From a virus (Duplodnaviria > Caudoviricetes): a DNA stretch of 64,000 nt. The notes under the pieces are model-generated. The model was not told where the DNA came from and did no database searches. It worked only from the letters and a program-made list of their open reading frames with translations. The stretch covers positions 31,688 to 95,687 of IMG/VR virus record IMGVR_UViG_3300031992_000051. One strand, given 5' to 3'. Both the position numbers and the translations under genes were made by a program. Shown in pieces: positions 30,301 to 39,832 of the stretch. How positions within the stretch are numbered: the first letter of the stretch is position 1; every line of letters begins with the position of its first letter.

Positions 30301-32432
30301 GACGCGTCAAGAACCTCGGTCAGTTCGCCGGTGAACACGACGAACCCGTCGGGGGCCATCTTCGACGCCGTCTCCACGACGCCCGCCATGACCATCAGCT
30401 CCGCGCTGTAGTAGAAGAAGCCGTCACCGGTGGAGCGAAGCTCCCACATCCCGCCTTCGTCCTGGCAGAACTGCGTGTACACGTCGTAGCCCACGATCGA
30501 ATCCATGTCAGCGACGGTGACGTCATACAGGAAGCCGAGCAGATTGTGCATCACCCCGCTGGACGAGGACGACATGCGCGACAGCCCCTCAAGCTCCAGC
30601 CTGTCGCATAGCGCGACCAGGCCCCCGATGTCCTGGAGGTGGCCGATCGCCGGGGGGTTGGCTCGATTGTTGAAAAACACCCACTGCTGCTGGGAAACTT
30701 CCGTCCCGCACCCGGCAAAACACCACTCGCCGAACTTCGGGTACTCCGCCACGACCGGGTCGCCGTCGTTGAAGTGCGTGGACGCATCGACCACATGGAC
30801 GTCTAGGTCGGGCAGGCTGTCGAGATTCTTCATTCCCGTGCAGTACGCGAAGCAATAGTCTCCCATCTCCATCAGCTTCGGCGGAAGCGGCGGGAGCTCG
30901 GCGAGCGCGCCGCACCCCTGGAAGCACCGCGCCGGGAGCTTCGTCACGGTGTCTGCCCATCCCGACATGTCGACGTCGTAGAGACCGCACCACCTCGTCC
31001 TCCTCACGATGATCGGCGGCGTCTCCGTCTCGTCCAGCTCGAACCAGTCGTGCGGCGCGCGGAAGCAGTCCATGAACGCGCCCTCCTTCAGCTCGACGTT
31101 GGCAGGGAGCCCGGCGAGCGAGTCGAGGCCGGAGCACCCGGAGAACGCATAGGGCTCGACATGCAGCGTGTCCGTCAGGCCGGTGAGGTCCGGGAGCGCG
31201 CGTATCATCCTGTCCCCCGTGAAGCACCCTCCCGGAATCTCCAGGCGCGTCATCCCGGGAACCACGTCCTCGAATCGCGAGATGTCGTGAAGGCCCCACT
31301 CTGTCGAAACCTTCTCCGGCGGGGTCTCCGCCGGGTGATCCTCGCCGTAGCTGCCTCTGAAGCACCGCTCGCCGATAGAGGTGAGAGACGTCGGAAGACC
31401 CGCAAGCGACGGCAAAAGGTCACACGCGTCGTAGCACTCCTTCCCCATGTATTCCAGCGTGGACGGAAGCCCGGAAAGGGACGCGACGGGCGTCCTCGCG
31501 AAACACCTGTCGTCCGCCCGTTCCAGTCCGGCGGGCGTCCCCGCCATGGAGACGAGCGACGAGCAGTCCTCGAAGCACGACTCGCCGAACACGGTGATCC
31601 CGCTCCCGGCCCCACAGTTCGGCGAAGCGAGGGACGCGCACCTGTAGAAGCACCCCTTCGGCAACTCCGTGACCGCCGTCGACGCGAGGGCCGTGATGTC
31701 CGAGAGCGACGTGCATCTCGCGAAGCAGTACGGGAGGAGCTCCTCCAGCGTGGACGGGACGCCCGACAGCGTCCGGAGGGACGAACACCCGTCGAAGCAC
31801 TTCTCGCCGAACGTCGTCGCGGCGGAGAACCCGCCCTGTAGCGAGAGGAGCGACGCGCACCGGTAGAAGCTCCTCTCGGCGCACGGGTCGAAGGCGGACA
31901 TGCCGTCTATCGTGCGGAGCGACGTGCAGCGGGCGAACGCCGCGACGCCGGACGACGTCACCTTCGCGAGGAACCTCGGGGCGAACTCGCGGATGCCGTA
32001 GCACCCCTCGAAGCAGCTCTCGCCGAGCGAGAGCCCGGATCCGTAGTAGAGCGGCTCGAACCTCGGGCCGAGCCTCCCGCAGTCGAGGAACGCCCGCGCG
32101 CCCAGCGCGGCCGCCGTCGAGTTGATCGCCTTCACCTCGAGGAGCTTCGACGCGATGTCGTTCGAGTCGTCGGGGTTCGCGAGCGCGACGGCCGTGAACA
32201 CGTCGTCGGCGACGACGTCCACGGTCCCGGCGAGGTTCGTCTGGAAGTAGTACTTCGTGGACGAGCCGGGGAGCGACGTGCGCGGCCCGCCCCCGTACGT
32301 GGCGTACGGCTGCTGCGACGCCGCGGACCTGGACGACTGGAACGGCGCCGTCGCGCGGAACCACAGGTTCAGCGCCGGCAGCGGCGCGGAGCCGTCCTCC
32401 GAGAACCCGGCGAATCGCATGGCGTGGAACAT
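27375..32432 (-). CDS. BspA/TpLRR-type leucine-rich-repeat protein, putative receptor-binding/adhesion protein (1685 aa)
   Basis: Many ~22-23 aa repeats of the form LPxxLxxIGxxCFxxCxxLxxL, in blocks separated by non-repeat domains. Confidence 0.75.
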   Translation of the reverse strand: MFHAMRFAGFSEDGSAPLPALNLWFRATAPFQSSRSAASQQPYATYGGGPRTSLPGSSTKYYFQTNLAGTVDVVADDVFTAVALANPDDSNDIASKLLEVKAINSTAAALGARAFLDCGRLGPRFEPLYYGSGLSLGESCFEGCYGIREFAPRFLAKVTSSGVAAFARCTSLRTIDGMSAFDPCAERSFYRCASLLSLQGGFSAATTFGEKCFDGCSSLRTLSGVPSTLEELLPYCFARCTSLSDITALASTAVTELPKGCFYRCASLASPNCGAGSGITVFGESCFEDCSSLVSMAGTPAGLERADDRCFARTPVASLSGLPSTLEYMGKECYDACDLLPSLAGLPTSLTSIGERCFRGSYGEDHPAETPPEKVSTEWGLHDISRFEDVVPGMTRLEIPGGCFTGDRMIRALPDLTGLTDTLHVEPYAFSGCSGLDSLAGLPANVELKEGAFMDCFRAPHDWFELDETETPPIIVRRTRWCGLYDVDMSGWADTVTKLPARCFQGCGALAELPPLPPKLMEMGDYCFAYCTGMKNLDSLPDLDVHVVDASTHFNDGDPVVAEYPKFGEWCFAGCGTEVSQQQWVFFNNRANPPAIGHLQDIGGLVALCDRLELEGLSRMSSSSSGVMHNLLGFLYDVTVADMDSIVGYDVYTQFCQDEGGMWELRSTGDGFFYYSAELMVMAGVVETASKMAPDGFVVFTGELTEVLDASHPYASNGARHTVVGIQLPGQTSTLCNLWMCCPGVNDDVVFYDIPLNVDGNVVKEVTKTANGGSTTLKIVYTIRIEDAKMKAVSAEVQRNGHIVVNASLDRRQYQPSPTKEGQAINFMRFMVYVAAALVSKVNGGSITPYFCDDMDISSLETYVLSKLTDGGAALSALHDLNMVTPASMLSAHCFDGCSYLAPTAYPFLIEDVPPFCFANTAVASLSPFSHVRTVGAGAFMNTPLTALTGFPSKVPFVSSQAFRGCESLATAGGVPRGVSSFGSYAFAGAVALADVKCAVEDKWPELYSAAPILCKELWRASGERSAEDLVTSYPPLAAFTSARAVTHFGASCFEGDTSLSDSAFTAELEASSSATAVQRVRDALSDYDVYTSSYPRSSGMDFTIAFHLADDLDFIVRVKDDPSTSGPPKLDAHGVPVTPSSASDYAAALASVSCEQSRTGGYIYSYDGTSDSTLVALRSYDPDEYAPSESWDPEAVAPARSRPDETGFSPVSISTDGYVRLVLETEGRRFETLVSVKVDRAVSGNTVTGATAMITGVAVTDLGSVWPGYPVAEATTKYSAVPLLNSVGASCFEGCTGLGSLDWIPFGVTQFPVRCFAGVPFTHSLQYTVPVPGLAGWSSPTVDAYRDAIDDLCGSSKFYVQEIDGDNDYIPESLKLYVNWDDTDYILLNVTYTTVNGVLVPSLALDSDHAATASLNGDVTISTSGYDFPYGADAPSFGSTSGLSGPVEVLGVQGNVATLKVGALTMTFTVTNLAADSSYVSLHYTRGYVSCPPYDAMKYAFQQLQASTTAFVSDVWYDMVLGAEALRLAFDRNTGTWTATYQMFDVPVSSAANAPECEFSIWSWLTAERRMDQEAQQRFWFQATVPQLAGDTADAPSRVMYAFANVKALPVAVKANSVAVPPWVYSIGKDCFTFKGFEDAQEKLEALYIDKSPKDIRDMPNYPWGVPSGCAICSTMGGVVYVAP

Positions 32433-32435
32433 CGG

Positions 32436-34280
32436 CTACACCTCGTACAGGTTCTTGCGGGTGACGGCGAACACTCCGGGCCGGAGCTCCGTGAGCGCGT
32501 AGACGACCTTCATGCCGTACGCGATCCCGGACATCGAGAAGAGCCCCGTCGCCGTGTAGGAGAACTTCGACACGGCGGCCCCGGCCCTCGTGACGAACCC
32601 GGCGAACGTGACGGGGACCTGGCCCGACCCCGCGTCGGACGGGAAGTCGAGGACGACGAGGAAGTCGCGCGCGACCGTCCCGTTCTGGTACGCGTCGGGA
32701 ACGGCGACGGTGAGGACGTTCGAGACGCGCGCCAGCCACGCGCCCGACATGACGATCGTGTTCACGGCCTTGTCGTCGACGGGGATGAGGCCCGTGTTCG
32801 ACGGCAGCCCCGCCGGCTCCGTGATGACGTTGATGACGGCGGACTGCCCGCCCGTCACGGACAGGTTGTTCACCTGCGTCTGCAACGCCGCTACCGTCGC
32901 GTCCCTCTGCGCGAGCGCGGCGAACACGGCGCTTGCGGCCGGGGGCTTCGCCTCCGTCGCCGTGATCGACCGCGCGGGCCACGAGGCGAGGACCGTGTCG
33001 AGGTTCAGCTCCGCGCCCGCCGTCGTCCGGTACACGAACGTGTTGCCGTCGCCCGAGCGGAGGTAGCCGTTCGACGCGAGGTACGCGGGGGTCACGTACG
33101 TGGACGCCGCGCCGGTCTTCGTGAGGTACGGCGAGAGCGCCGTCGAGAGCGCCGCCGAGTCTATGTACGACGCGAGGGCAGCCGAAAGCGCGGAGCCCGT
33201 GACGTAGCCGAGCCCCGACAGGTACGTCCGCGTCACGTAGGTCGACGCCGCCTCGGACTTCGCGAGGTAGCCCTGGAGCACGACGTCGAGATTCCGCTCC
33301 GGGTACACGCCGGGCGACGTCGGGGACCGGAACACCGCGCCCATGATCCCGGTCGGGAGGTCGGCGGGGCCAGGGTAGTTCTCGAGCTTCAGGTAGCGCG
33401 CGTCCCCCGCCGTCTGCGTGAGGTACGTCGAGAGCGCGGCCGAGAGCGCGGAACCCGTGACGTAGGACGCGAGCGCGGACGCGAGCGCCTCCGAGTTGAC
33501 ATAACCATTGGTCAGCAGCCACGCCGGGGTCACGTACCCGGACAGCTCCGACCTCTGGACGTACGGTTGGAGAATCGTGTCGAGGTTCAGGACGGGCCAC
33601 TCGCCGCCCCCGCTCCTCGTGCGGAACACGCAGCCCTCGAGGACGCCGGAGACCTCCGAGCGCGGGAGGTACGCCGACAGCTCCTCCTTCGTCGCGTACG
33701 TGGTCGCCGCCGACGTCCGCGTGAGGTACGACGTCGAGAGGAGCGCCGTGAGCGAGGTCCGCGTCACGTAGGAGGCGAGCGCCGCCGAGAGCGCCGCCGA
33801 GTCGACGAACCCGTAGTCGGAGATGCGGCTCACCTGCACGTAGCCCTGCAAGGCCGTCTGCATCGCCGAGAGCGTGGCGTACGCGGCGAGGTCGGACGTC
33901 CTCGCGTAGCCGGAGAGCCCCGTCGTCGGGACGTACCCGGCTAGCCTCGCGTCGAGCGACGCGTTCGACACGTACCCCGCGAGGACGGACGTCAGCTGGA
34001 CGGGCGTGACGCCTGCGGCCGGCGTGGCCGGCGCCCACACCATCGACTCCCCGGAGCCGTTCGCGACGTACACGCGCTGCGCGGCGAGGTCGATGTAGAG
34101 GTCGGTCCTCCTGTGGCCCTGCGCGGACGACGGCGCGCCGATCCCGAGCTCGATGGTCGGCACCAGCGCCAGCGTCCTGTGCGGGTCGTTGTGGTCGAGT
34201 ATGTGCTGCGCGAGCGCCGTCCCCTCCCCGCCGAGCGAGGCGAGCGGCGATCCGCACACGTTGCAGTTTTCGTCGGACAT
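32436..34280 (-). CDS. Tail fibre-like protein (614 aa) with YVTxxxLSxALxxY repeats
   Basis: N-terminal CxxCGSPL..HxxDxNDPHRTL; repeated helical shaft; C-terminal ARDF...LTE module. Paralog of 37627-39135. Confidence 0.7.
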   Translation of the reverse strand: MSDENCNVCGSPLASLGGEGTALAQHILDHNDPHRTLALVPTIELGIGAPSSAQGHRRTDLYIDLAAQRVYVANGSGESMVWAPATPAAGVTPVQLTSVLAGYVSNASLDARLAGYVPTTGLSGYARTSDLAAYATLSAMQTALQGYVQVSRISDYGFVDSAALSAALASYVTRTSLTALLSTSYLTRTSAATTYATKEELSAYLPRSEVSGVLEGCVFRTRSGGGEWPVLNLDTILQPYVQRSELSGYVTPAWLLTNGYVNSEALASALASYVTGSALSAALSTYLTQTAGDARYLKLENYPGPADLPTGIMGAVFRSPTSPGVYPERNLDVVLQGYLAKSEAASTYVTRTYLSGLGYVTGSALSAALASYIDSAALSTALSPYLTKTGAASTYVTPAYLASNGYLRSGDGNTFVYRTTAGAELNLDTVLASWPARSITATEAKPPAASAVFAALAQRDATVAALQTQVNNLSVTGGQSAVINVITEPAGLPSNTGLIPVDDKAVNTIVMSGAWLARVSNVLTVAVPDAYQNGTVARDFLVVLDFPSDAGSGQVPVTFAGFVTRAGAAVSKFSYTATGLFSMSGIAYGMKVVYALTELRPGVFAVTRKNLYEV

Positions 34281-34284
34281 GTCC

Positions 34285-35943
34285 CTAGTCCTCCTTCACG
34301 CTTGCCCTGAACTTCACCTTCGCGACGACGCCGAGGACGGCGACGATGCCAGCCGCGTCCTCGTCCATCTTGTCGGAACCCCACTCCGCCACGTCGCCGG
34401 ACGGTTCCGTCGGCTCCTGATACAGATCGAGCCCCGGAACGTCCACCTGCGTCCCGCCCGAAGGCTGCGGCACGTCGGGTATCTCGGACACCGTGAGGTA
34501 ATGCCCGTCGTATTCCGCGGGCACCGCGGCGACATACAGTGCGGAGTCCAGCTCCCCCTTCAGCGTCTTGAAGTCCGTAAGGGCCCCCGTCGTGGGGTTC
34601 GTGAGAATCTTCTTGCGTGACAGTTCGTTCTTCAGCCTCCGCGACGACGCGACCATCACGACATGCACATCGTCGGCCTCGATCCACTCCGGCAGCTCAC
34701 ACGGCCACGTCATCCCAGTCGGCGTCCCCTCGTACGAGATGCTCCTGTCCTTGCTGGTCCGGCTGCCCCAGAACTCCTCGACGGCGTGCGTGTAGATCGG
34801 GCAGGGGCTCGTCGCATGGTGGCACGAGTTGATGCGATGTGCCTCGTATTCCGTCACGCAGCTAAAGGAGTACCTGGTCGGGAATGGTCCGACGGGACCA
34901 ATCACGGCGGGCACGCGGTCCGGCGGGCAAGCCCAGCCACCTGGGACAGACGCGGTCACGGTGGTGTCCGCTGTGCTGTCCAGCGAACTGGAAGACCCGG
35001 GACCGGAATGGATCGTCCCGCACCCGTCGGAACAGTCGTCGTGGGTCTTGTGCCGTCCGTTCGTCTCGGTCTGTCCTGTTGTTCGATCCAGCTTGTCGAC
35101 AGCGTCGAGCTCCTGCGCCGTCGCGCCGAGAGGCACAAAGAGCACGGTCGCCTTCTCGCAGTCGGAGTGCGGGGCAAGGAGCTGTCGCGACAGATACTTG
35201 ACGCTCACGCCGCTCTTGTCATCTCCGTCCTCGAACTGGTCGTCCGTCTCCTGCCAGGCGAACTCCGGCATGTCCAAGTCGTCATCCGGCATCTCGCGGT
35301 CAAACAACCTGATCGAAAGGAAATCGCGCACCGCGGCCTTCGCCATGAGCCGCTTGTACCCTGCAAGCGGGTCCAAGTCGCTGCTCGGAACCTCGTAGCT
35401 GTCCGCCCCGTAAGGGAGCCCAAGCCCGTCGTTGTCCTCGAATCTCGGCGTGAACAGCGACGTGTTGCTGGTCTCCCACTCCATTCTGATCGCGCCGATC
35501 GACGTCCACTCCGTAGGGACCGCATCCTCCTCGACCACCACCCCGACGGGGCATGAGTCTCCCTCCCACGCCGTCGCCCACCCCCGTATGGTCGTCCTCG
35601 CTTCCTCCAAAAAATCCTTCAGCACGACCGGCGGCTGCTTTGTGCCGGCCACATTGGTAGACACCACCTGGTCCGGTCCGGGATTAGACAGCCAAGAGGA
35701 CGCACTGTATCTCCCCCCGAACCCGTTACGCCTGAACCACTCCACCTCGCGCACGATCTCCGTGAGCCACGCGGGATCGAGGCACTTGAGCGGGGGGTCG
35801 AGGAGACCCTCGAGGTCGGAAAGGGAATCGTAGGGCATCCCGTCCGCGGCGTCGGCGCGGGCAGGGTACGACTCGAACTCGTCGAAGAACGCCTTGAACG
35901 GGTTCACGTTCACGAGGGCGAAGTCTGATTCGGACTCGATCAT
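34285..35943 (-). CDS. Hypothetical tail-associated acidic protein (552 aa)
   Basis: True start ATG 35943 (MIESESDFAL) overlapping the upstream stop; GGGGAGG SD. Confidence 0.65.
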   Translation of the reverse strand: MIESESDFALVNVNPFKAFFDEFESYPARADAADGMPYDSLSDLEGLLDPPLKCLDPAWLTEIVREVEWFRRNGFGGRYSASSWLSNPGPDQVVSTNVAGTKQPPVVLKDFLEEARTTIRGWATAWEGDSCPVGVVVEEDAVPTEWTSIGAIRMEWETSNTSLFTPRFEDNDGLGLPYGADSYEVPSSDLDPLAGYKRLMAKAAVRDFLSIRLFDREMPDDDLDMPEFAWQETDDQFEDGDDKSGVSVKYLSRQLLAPHSDCEKATVLFVPLGATAQELDAVDKLDRTTGQTETNGRHKTHDDCSDGCGTIHSGPGSSSSLDSTADTTVTASVPGGWACPPDRVPAVIGPVGPFPTRYSFSCVTEYEAHRINSCHHATSPCPIYTHAVEEFWGSRTSKDRSISYEGTPTGMTWPCELPEWIEADDVHVVMVASSRRLKNELSRKKILTNPTTGALTDFKTLKGELDSALYVAAVPAEYDGHYLTVSEIPDVPQPSGGTQVDVPGLDLYQEPTEPSGDVAEWGSDKMDEDAAGIVAVLGVVAKVKFRASVKED

Positions 35944-37625
35944 CCGCCCTCCCCGCTCGAGTAGAGCTCCAGGTGCCACCCCCTGCCACCGTCGTACACG
36001 ACGGAGTACACCGCGCCCCCGTCCTCGTAGCTGCGCTCGCGGGCGCGGAGGAAGCCCTTCGCGTCGTAGTAGTCGATGTAGCCGTCCTCCGTGAGTACGT
36101 TCTCGTACCACATGTCGGCCCTCGGGTCGCCGGACTCGTACAGGCCGTTGCCGAGATTCACGTTTCCGCGCGCCGCCACCTTTCCGCCGAGCCTGTCGAC
36201 GACGTACTGCCAATACGGACCGTACTCCGCGACCGTGACGTTCCTGTAGTCGCCCGGCTCGCCGTAGTTGTCGTCCGCGTACCAGGCGGACTGCATGGAG
36301 TCGTCGACGCTGCCGGGGTTCCAGTACCTGTAGGCGACGAGGTTGCCGAGCGTGTCGCACTTCCTGCCGTGCGTGTCGCACACGTGCCCCTCGCGGTCGA
36401 CCCAGAACCCCGTCACGGGGTCTATCGGGAGGTCGTCATCGTCCACGTAGAAGCCGTGCTCGTCGCACGTGATCCACCTCGCGAGGTCCTCGTGGTACTT
36501 GATCAGGTGACCGGCCTCGTCCACGAAGCGGCCCTGGTCGTCCACCAGCCTGCCCTGCGAGTCGACGCGCCTCCCGTCGGAGTTCCGCCAGAACCTCCCC
36601 TCGTTGTCGAACGTGACGTCGGTGCAGTGGCACTTGAGGTACGAGGCCCCGAACGGGAACCCCATGTTCAGGACCTCCTGCCTCTCGTTCCCGCAGAAGA
36701 GCTCGGCCTTGCAGTGCCCCGCCGTGACGAACGTCGGCATGTGCGACGAGTTGTCGGACCCGAACGCCTCGGCATGCACGGACGTGAGCCGCCCGACGTA
36801 TATCTTCACGCCCTCCGCGGCGGCGGAGACGAACATCCGCGTCGCGATGCTCGTGAGCGACGGGAGGTACAGGAGCTTCAGGTTGTCGCAGAACCCGAAC
36901 GGCGTGGTCGTGGTGTACCCCGCCGCGTGCGCCACGTCGCCGAACCCCCTGACGCTCGGGGCCCAGAACTCCTCCAGCATGTACAGGGCGACCGTCGGCC
37001 AGTAGAACATGGGGATGCTGTCGAACGGTCTCGCGTCGCGGAGGTTCCGCATCACGAGCTTGCGCGGGCCGGACACGCCGTACATCTCGGTGACGGAGCT
37101 CCCGCTGTACTCGAACCACGGCAGCTGCCACGTCAGCCTGTCGGAGTCGACCACCGCCGTGTCCACCGACCACCAGCCGATCATGTCGAACTTCTCCGGC
37201 TTCTGCGGCATGTGCAGTATCTCGTGCAGGGCCGCGGTCTCGTCGACGACGGAGTGCGCGGTCGAGTACGTGTTCGCGCTCCCGGACGGGCGGTGCTTGC
37301 CCGTGAGGCCGATGCTCGTGAGGTCGCCGGTGACGCGGATCTCGTACACGCCGTCCGCCGCGTACTCGTGCCGGAAGAGCGGGGTCGAGCGGTCGTCCAC
37401 CACCTCGCCGTCGAGCTTCGTCGTGCCGGAGGGGAACGTCACCGTATGCGTCTCGCCGTCGCCGAAGTCGAACACGACGTCGCCGCTGCCCGATACGCTG
37501 AACACCTCGAAGGAGTACCTGCCGTCCGCGGCCGACACGACGGCGCGGCCGGCGAACGCGACCCCGTCCCACGCGGCTGCGCCCTCGTCGGGCAGCGTCG
37601 TGCTGTACGCGGCGGCGGAGTCCAC
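35940..37625 (-). CDS. Tail-associated protein with short LRR block and VDxxG repeats (561 aa)
   Basis: PKD-like DFGDG...HEY motif, FGFCDNLKLLYLPSLTSI LRR, tandem VDSQGRL/VDDQGRF repeats. Confidence 0.65.
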   Translation of the reverse strand: MDSAAAYSTTLPDEGAAAWDGVAFAGRAVVSAADGRYSFEVFSVSGSGDVVFDFGDGETHTVTFPSGTTKLDGEVVDDRSTPLFRHEYAADGVYEIRVTGDLTSIGLTGKHRPSGSANTYSTAHSVVDETAALHEILHMPQKPEKFDMIGWWSVDTAVVDSDRLTWQLPWFEYSGSSVTEMYGVSGPRKLVMRNLRDARPFDSIPMFYWPTVALYMLEEFWAPSVRGFGDVAHAAGYTTTTPFGFCDNLKLLYLPSLTSIATRMFVSAAAEGVKIYVGRLTSVHAEAFGSDNSSHMPTFVTAGHCKAELFCGNERQEVLNMGFPFGASYLKCHCTDVTFDNEGRFWRNSDGRRVDSQGRLVDDQGRFVDEAGHLIKYHEDLARWITCDEHGFYVDDDDLPIDPVTGFWVDREGHVCDTHGRKCDTLGNLVAYRYWNPGSVDDSMQSAWYADDNYGEPGDYRNVTVAEYGPYWQYVVDRLGGKVAARGNVNLGNGLYESGDPRADMWYENVLTEDGYIDYYDAKGFLRARERSYEDGGAVYSVVYDGGRGWHLELYSSGEGG

Positions 37626-37626
37626 G

Positions 37627-39135
37627 CTACGCCCCCTGTTCCGTCACTACCTTCCTCGAGACGAGGAACCTCCCGTCGGCCACCTCGGTGAACCCGAAGA
37701 CGACCATCTGGCCGTCGAGGTCGAAGAGCGACGCGTCCACCTCGAACACGCCGTCGGTCGCGGAGTAGAACCTGCACTGCACGGTCTCGGACTGCCTCGT
37801 CTCGGGCAGCACCTCGAACGACGTCCCGGCCCACATCGAGGTCCCGCGGTCGAACGCCACGGTCAGTATGAAGTCGCGGGCCGCGCCCTCCGAGCGGACG
37901 GGCATGAGGAGCGGGATCTCGTCCGTGCTCCCCGTGAGGACGACGAGGTTGTTGGACCGCGCGGTCGGCTTGAACTTCCCGCCGTCCAGCTCGAGGACGG
38001 CGAGCGCCGTCCCGTTCCCCTTCTCGACCGCGATGCTCGAGGCGAGGTCGGCGAGGTCCTCCGCCGTCGCGAAGTTCTCGGCCACCGCCGCCACCTTCGC
38101 GTTCACTACGGACTCGACGTTCGCCTGCGTCACGTACGCGGCGAGCGCGGACGAGAGGGCGGAGGCGGTGACGAGCCCCGCCGCGGACGCCGCCGTCGCG
38201 AAGTCCGTCTTCCTGACGAAGCCGCCCGGCGCGTCCGCGGCGGACACGGTCAGGTAGCCGGAGAGGCCCAGCGACGACGGCGCGTCGACCGTCCGCAGGT
38301 ACGACGCGAGGGCCGCGTTGAGGGCGCCCACGGTCACGACGGCGCCCGTCCCCGTCCCCGCCTGCACGTACCTCGCGTCGGCCGCCGTCTGGGTGACGAA
38401 CCCGGAGAGCGACGTCGTGAGGGCGTAGCCCGCGAGCGCGGCCGAGAGCTGCACCGGGGTGACGTAGGGGAGGGCCGCGTTCTTGCGCAGGAACCCGTCC
38501 GGCGCGTCGGCGGCGGCCGCCGTCAGGTACGTGGACGCGGCCGCGGACGCCGAGAGGTAGCCCGCGAGCGCCTCCGAGAGCTGCGTCCGCGTGACGTACT
38601 CGTACTCCGCCGCGTCGCCGGCGAGCACGTACCTCGCGTCGGCCGCGGCCTGCGTGAGGAAGCCGCCCGCCGAGATCGCGGTCGCGACGTACGTCTTCGA
38701 GGCGAGCGGCGAGACCGCGGACGCGAGGGCGGACTGCGTGACGAAGTTGTAGCCGGAGAGGTCGGACGGGCGCAGGTAGCCGGAGAGCGAGGCAGTGGTC
38801 GCGTAGTCCGCGAGCATCGCCTTCGTCGCGTACGCGGAGAGGTCCTGCGCGGACGGGGACTTGTCGGCGACCTTCGTCCACGCGAGCGACCCGCCCTGCT
38901 GCGTGAGGCATAGCCACAGCGTCCCCGCCGTCAGGTCCACGAACCAGTCGCCGGACTTGGCGCCGTCCGTGGAGCTCGGCGCGGCGGAGCCGAAGGAGAC
39001 CCCCGGGAGGACCGCCCTCACGAGCTCGAGCGTGCGGTGCGGGTCGTTGAAGTCGGCGACGTGGCTCTGCCACGACCCGGCCCCTCCGCCCGCGCCCGCC
39101 GAAAGCGGGGAACCGCATACGTCGCAGTCGGTCAT
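37627..39135 (-). CDS. Tail fibre-like protein (502 aa), paralog of 32436-34280
   Basis: Same N-terminal CDVCGSPL..NDPHRTL, same shaft repeats and same ARDF...FTE C-terminal module. Confidence 0.7.
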   Translation of the reverse strand: MTDCDVCGSPLSAGAGGGAGSWQSHVADFNDPHRTLELVRAVLPGVSFGSAAPSSTDGAKSGDWFVDLTAGTLWLCLTQQGGSLAWTKVADKSPSAQDLSAYATKAMLADYATTASLSGYLRPSDLSGYNFVTQSALASAVSPLASKTYVATAISAGGFLTQAAADARYVLAGDAAEYEYVTRTQLSEALAGYLSASAAASTYLTAAAADAPDGFLRKNAALPYVTPVQLSAALAGYALTTSLSGFVTQTAADARYVQAGTGTGAVVTVGALNAALASYLRTVDAPSSLGLSGYLTVSAADAPGGFVRKTDFATAASAAGLVTASALSSALAAYVTQANVESVVNAKVAAVAENFATAEDLADLASSIAVEKGNGTALAVLELDGGKFKPTARSNNLVVLTGSTDEIPLLMPVRSEGAARDFILTVAFDRGTSMWAGTSFEVLPETRQSETVQCRFYSATDGVFEVDASLFDLDGQMVVFGFTEVADGRFLVSRKVVTEQGA

Positions 39136-39136
39136 C

Positions 39137-39832
39137 CTACTCCGCCCCGTCGAAGACGCGGGTCAGCACCGCGCCGTACATAAACTGCCGCTCGAACGCC
39201 CTGTTCGAGACGTAGACCTTGCCGTCCCTGCCGTACGCCTTCCCCCACGAGTTCATGATGAGGAACCCGCCCTCGTCGTACCCGCAGACGAGGACGGCGT
39301 GCCCGCCCTGCATCTCGAATCCGGGGCCGCCCTTTATGACGGCGTTCTTAGGGGCGAACCACTCGTCCGTGATGTTGAACCCGGCGAGGCAGCACCCGTA
39401 GCGGTGGACGGCGTACTTGGTCTCGTCGAGGCCCTCGGAGTCGCCGAACCCGAACCACGAGTTGCCGAACGTCTTGACGAGGCACTCCCGCCCGAAGACG
39501 TTGGTCGCGATGAGCCCCTTGAGGGCGCACTCGAGGTACGTGCCGTCGCCCGTCGGGTCGCCGTCGATCGTCTTCGCGTGCCGGTAGACCGGCGCGGGGT
39601 CGATCTCCTGGCGGAACCCCTTCATGCGCCAGAGGACGCTCTCGGCGAAGTTCGACGCGGCGTACGCGGCGCACCACGGCTTCGAGCCCTGGTCCTCGGC
39701 CGGCGTGCAGTAGCCGTCCAGGAGGAGCTCCTTCGGGGCCTCGAACCTGGCCGATACCTTGAGGGCCCTCTTGCCTGCGAGCCTGACGGGTATCTTCAGG
39801 CCGGCCGGGTTGTAGGACTTGCGGAAGTTCAT
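39137..39832 (-). CDS. Papain-family (C1A) cysteine peptidase (231 aa)
   Basis: Oxyanion Gln/catalytic Cys in DQGSKPWCAAYA, catalytic His in GGHAVLVCGYD, Asn in MNSWG..YG.DG. Start ATG 39832. Confidence 0.88.
   Translation of the reverse strand: MNFRKSYNPAGLKIPVRLAGKRALKVSARFEAPKELLLDGYCTPAEDQGSKPWCAAYAASNFAESVLWRMKGFRQEIDPAPVYRHAKTIDGDPTGDGTYLECALKGLIATNVFGRECLVKTFGNSWFGFGDSEGLDETKYAVHRYGCCLAGFNITDEWFAPKNAVIKGGPGFEMQGGHAVLVCGYDEGGFLIMNSWGKAYGRDGKVYVSNRAFERQFMYGAVLTRVFDGAE

Noticed and set aside
32430-32438. Stop-codon reassignment or TAG readthrough fusing fibre and LRR genes
   Set aside because: TAG-CCG-ATG is in frame here, but most TAG-ended genes are followed out of frame, core genes are intact in code 11, the downstream ATG has its own SD, and no suppressor tRNA is seen.
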